Source of the DNA: Eledone cirrhosa
Taxonomy: Eukaryota
Reading direction: 5' to 3'
Assembly (NCBI GenBank): GCA_964016885.1
Contig: OZ024740.1
Location: 419,864,001-419,928,000, forward strand
DNA length: 64,000 nt
Position numbers and translations under genes: made by a program. Below, piece after piece: positions 62,501-64,000 of the stretch (within the stretch, counting starts at the first letter, position 1; the number at the start of each line of letters is the position of its first letter). Under the pieces are notes generated by a model. That model was not told the origin of the DNA. It did not search any database and worked only from the letters and a program-made list of their open reading frames with translations.

Positions 62501-64000
62501 CTTCTCTGATAAAACTCTCCATTATAGCAATACCAACCCACCTAAAACTGTTCCTGCTTCTCTGATAAAACTCTCCATTATAGCAATACCAACCCACCTA
62601 AAACTGTTCCTGCTTCTCTGATAAAACTCTCCATTATAGCAATACCAACCCACCTAAAACTGTTCCTGCTTCTCTGATAAAACTCTCCATTATAGCAATA
62701 CCAACCCACCTAAAACTCTCCCTGTTCTCTGATAAAACTCTCCATTATAGCAATACCAACTCACCTAAAACTCTCCCTGTTCTCTGATAACACTCTCCAT
62801 TATAGCAATACCAACCCACCTAAAACTGTTCCTGCTTGTCTGATAAAACTCTCCATTATAGCAATACCAACCCACCTAAAACTGTTCCTGCTTCTCTGAT
62901 AAAACTCCCCATTATAGCAATACCAACCCACCTAAAACTGTTCCTGCTTCTCTGATAAAACTCTCCATTATAGCAATACCAACCCACCTAAAACTGTTCC
63001 TGCTTCTCTGATAAAACTCCTCATTATAGCAATACCAACCCACCTAAAACTGTTCCTGCTTGTCTGATAAAACTCTCCATTATAGCAATACCAACCCACC
63101 TAAAACTGTTCCTGCTTCTCTGATAAAACTCCCCATTATAGCAATACCAACCCACCTAAAACTGTTCCTGCTTCTCTGATAAAACTCTCCATTATAGCAA
63201 TACCAACCCACCTAAAACTCTCCCTGTTCTCTGATAAAACTCTCCATTATATCAATACCAACCCACCTAAAACTGTTCCTGCTTCTCTGATAAAACTCTC
63301 CATTATAGCAATACCAACCCACCTAAAACTGTTCCTGCTTCTCTGATAAAACTCTCCATTATAGCAATACCAACCCACCTAAAACTGTTCCTGCTTCTCT
63401 GATAAAACTCTCCATTATAGCAATACCAACCCACCTAAAACTGTTCCTGCTTCTCTGATAAAACTCTCCATTATAGCAATACCAACCCACCTAAAACTGT
63501 TCCTGCTTCTCTGATAAAACTCTCCATTATAGCAATACCAACCCACCTAAAACTGTTCCTGCTTCTCTGATAAAACTCTCCATTATAGCAATACCAACCC
63601 ACCTAAAACTCTCCCTGTTCTCTGATAAAACTCTCCATTATAGCAATACCAACTCACCTAAAACTCTCCCTGTTCTCTGATAACACTCTCCATTATAGCA
63701 ATACCAACCCACCTAAAACTGTTCCTGCTTGTCTGATAAAACTCTCCATTATAGCAATACCAACCCACCTAAAACTGTTCCTGCTTCTCTGATAAAACTC
63801 CCCATTATAGCAATACCAACCCACCTAAAACTGTTCCTGCTTCTCTGATAAAACTCTCCATTATAGCAATACCAACCCACCTAAAACTGTTCCTGCTTCT
63901 CTGATAAAACTCCTCATTATAGCAATACCAACCCACCTAAAACTGTTCCTGCTTGTCTGATAAAACTCTCCATTATAGCAATACCAACCCACCTAAAACT
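53536..64000. repeat. 55/56-bp satellite, ~190 copies, running off the window end
   Basis: Unit ccattatagcaataccaacccacctaaaac(tctccctg|tgttcctgc)ttctctgataaaactct. Confidence 0.99.

Overview
AT-rich, repeat-dominated animal genomic DNA. The mix of SINEs, RTE elements and (TA)n tracts looks like an octopod cephalopod (inference). I could not support any host protein-coding gene. Two large satellites take up about 19 kb: a 40-bp unit at 6.4-14.8 kb and a 55/56-bp unit from 53.5 kb to the end. Between them lie one full-length but disrupted L1/Tx1-clade LINE (18.8-24.7 kb, minus), many RTE-clade LINE fragments whose RT carries a C4HC3 PHD-like insert, 3' fragments of CR1, R4/Dong-like and C2H2-bearing RTE elements, two abundant tRNA-derived SINE families, MITEs and long microsatellites. 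Two signals stand out. (1) Five complete and one half minimal type-I hammerhead ribozyme motifs lie between 29.6 and 43.9 kb. They sit in short, ORF-less, microsatellite-flanked units that are often fold-backs and resemble Penelope pseudo-LTRs. One has a U3-A8 core covariation and three have very long stem II inserts. (2) There is an apparently (ATT)n-targeting system made of the Tx1 LINE and a SINE. The two share a similar 3' terminus and stack head-to-tail at ATTAT sites, supported by TSDs and an empty-site paralog inside the window. All alignments and folds were done by eye, and repeat boundaries are approximate.
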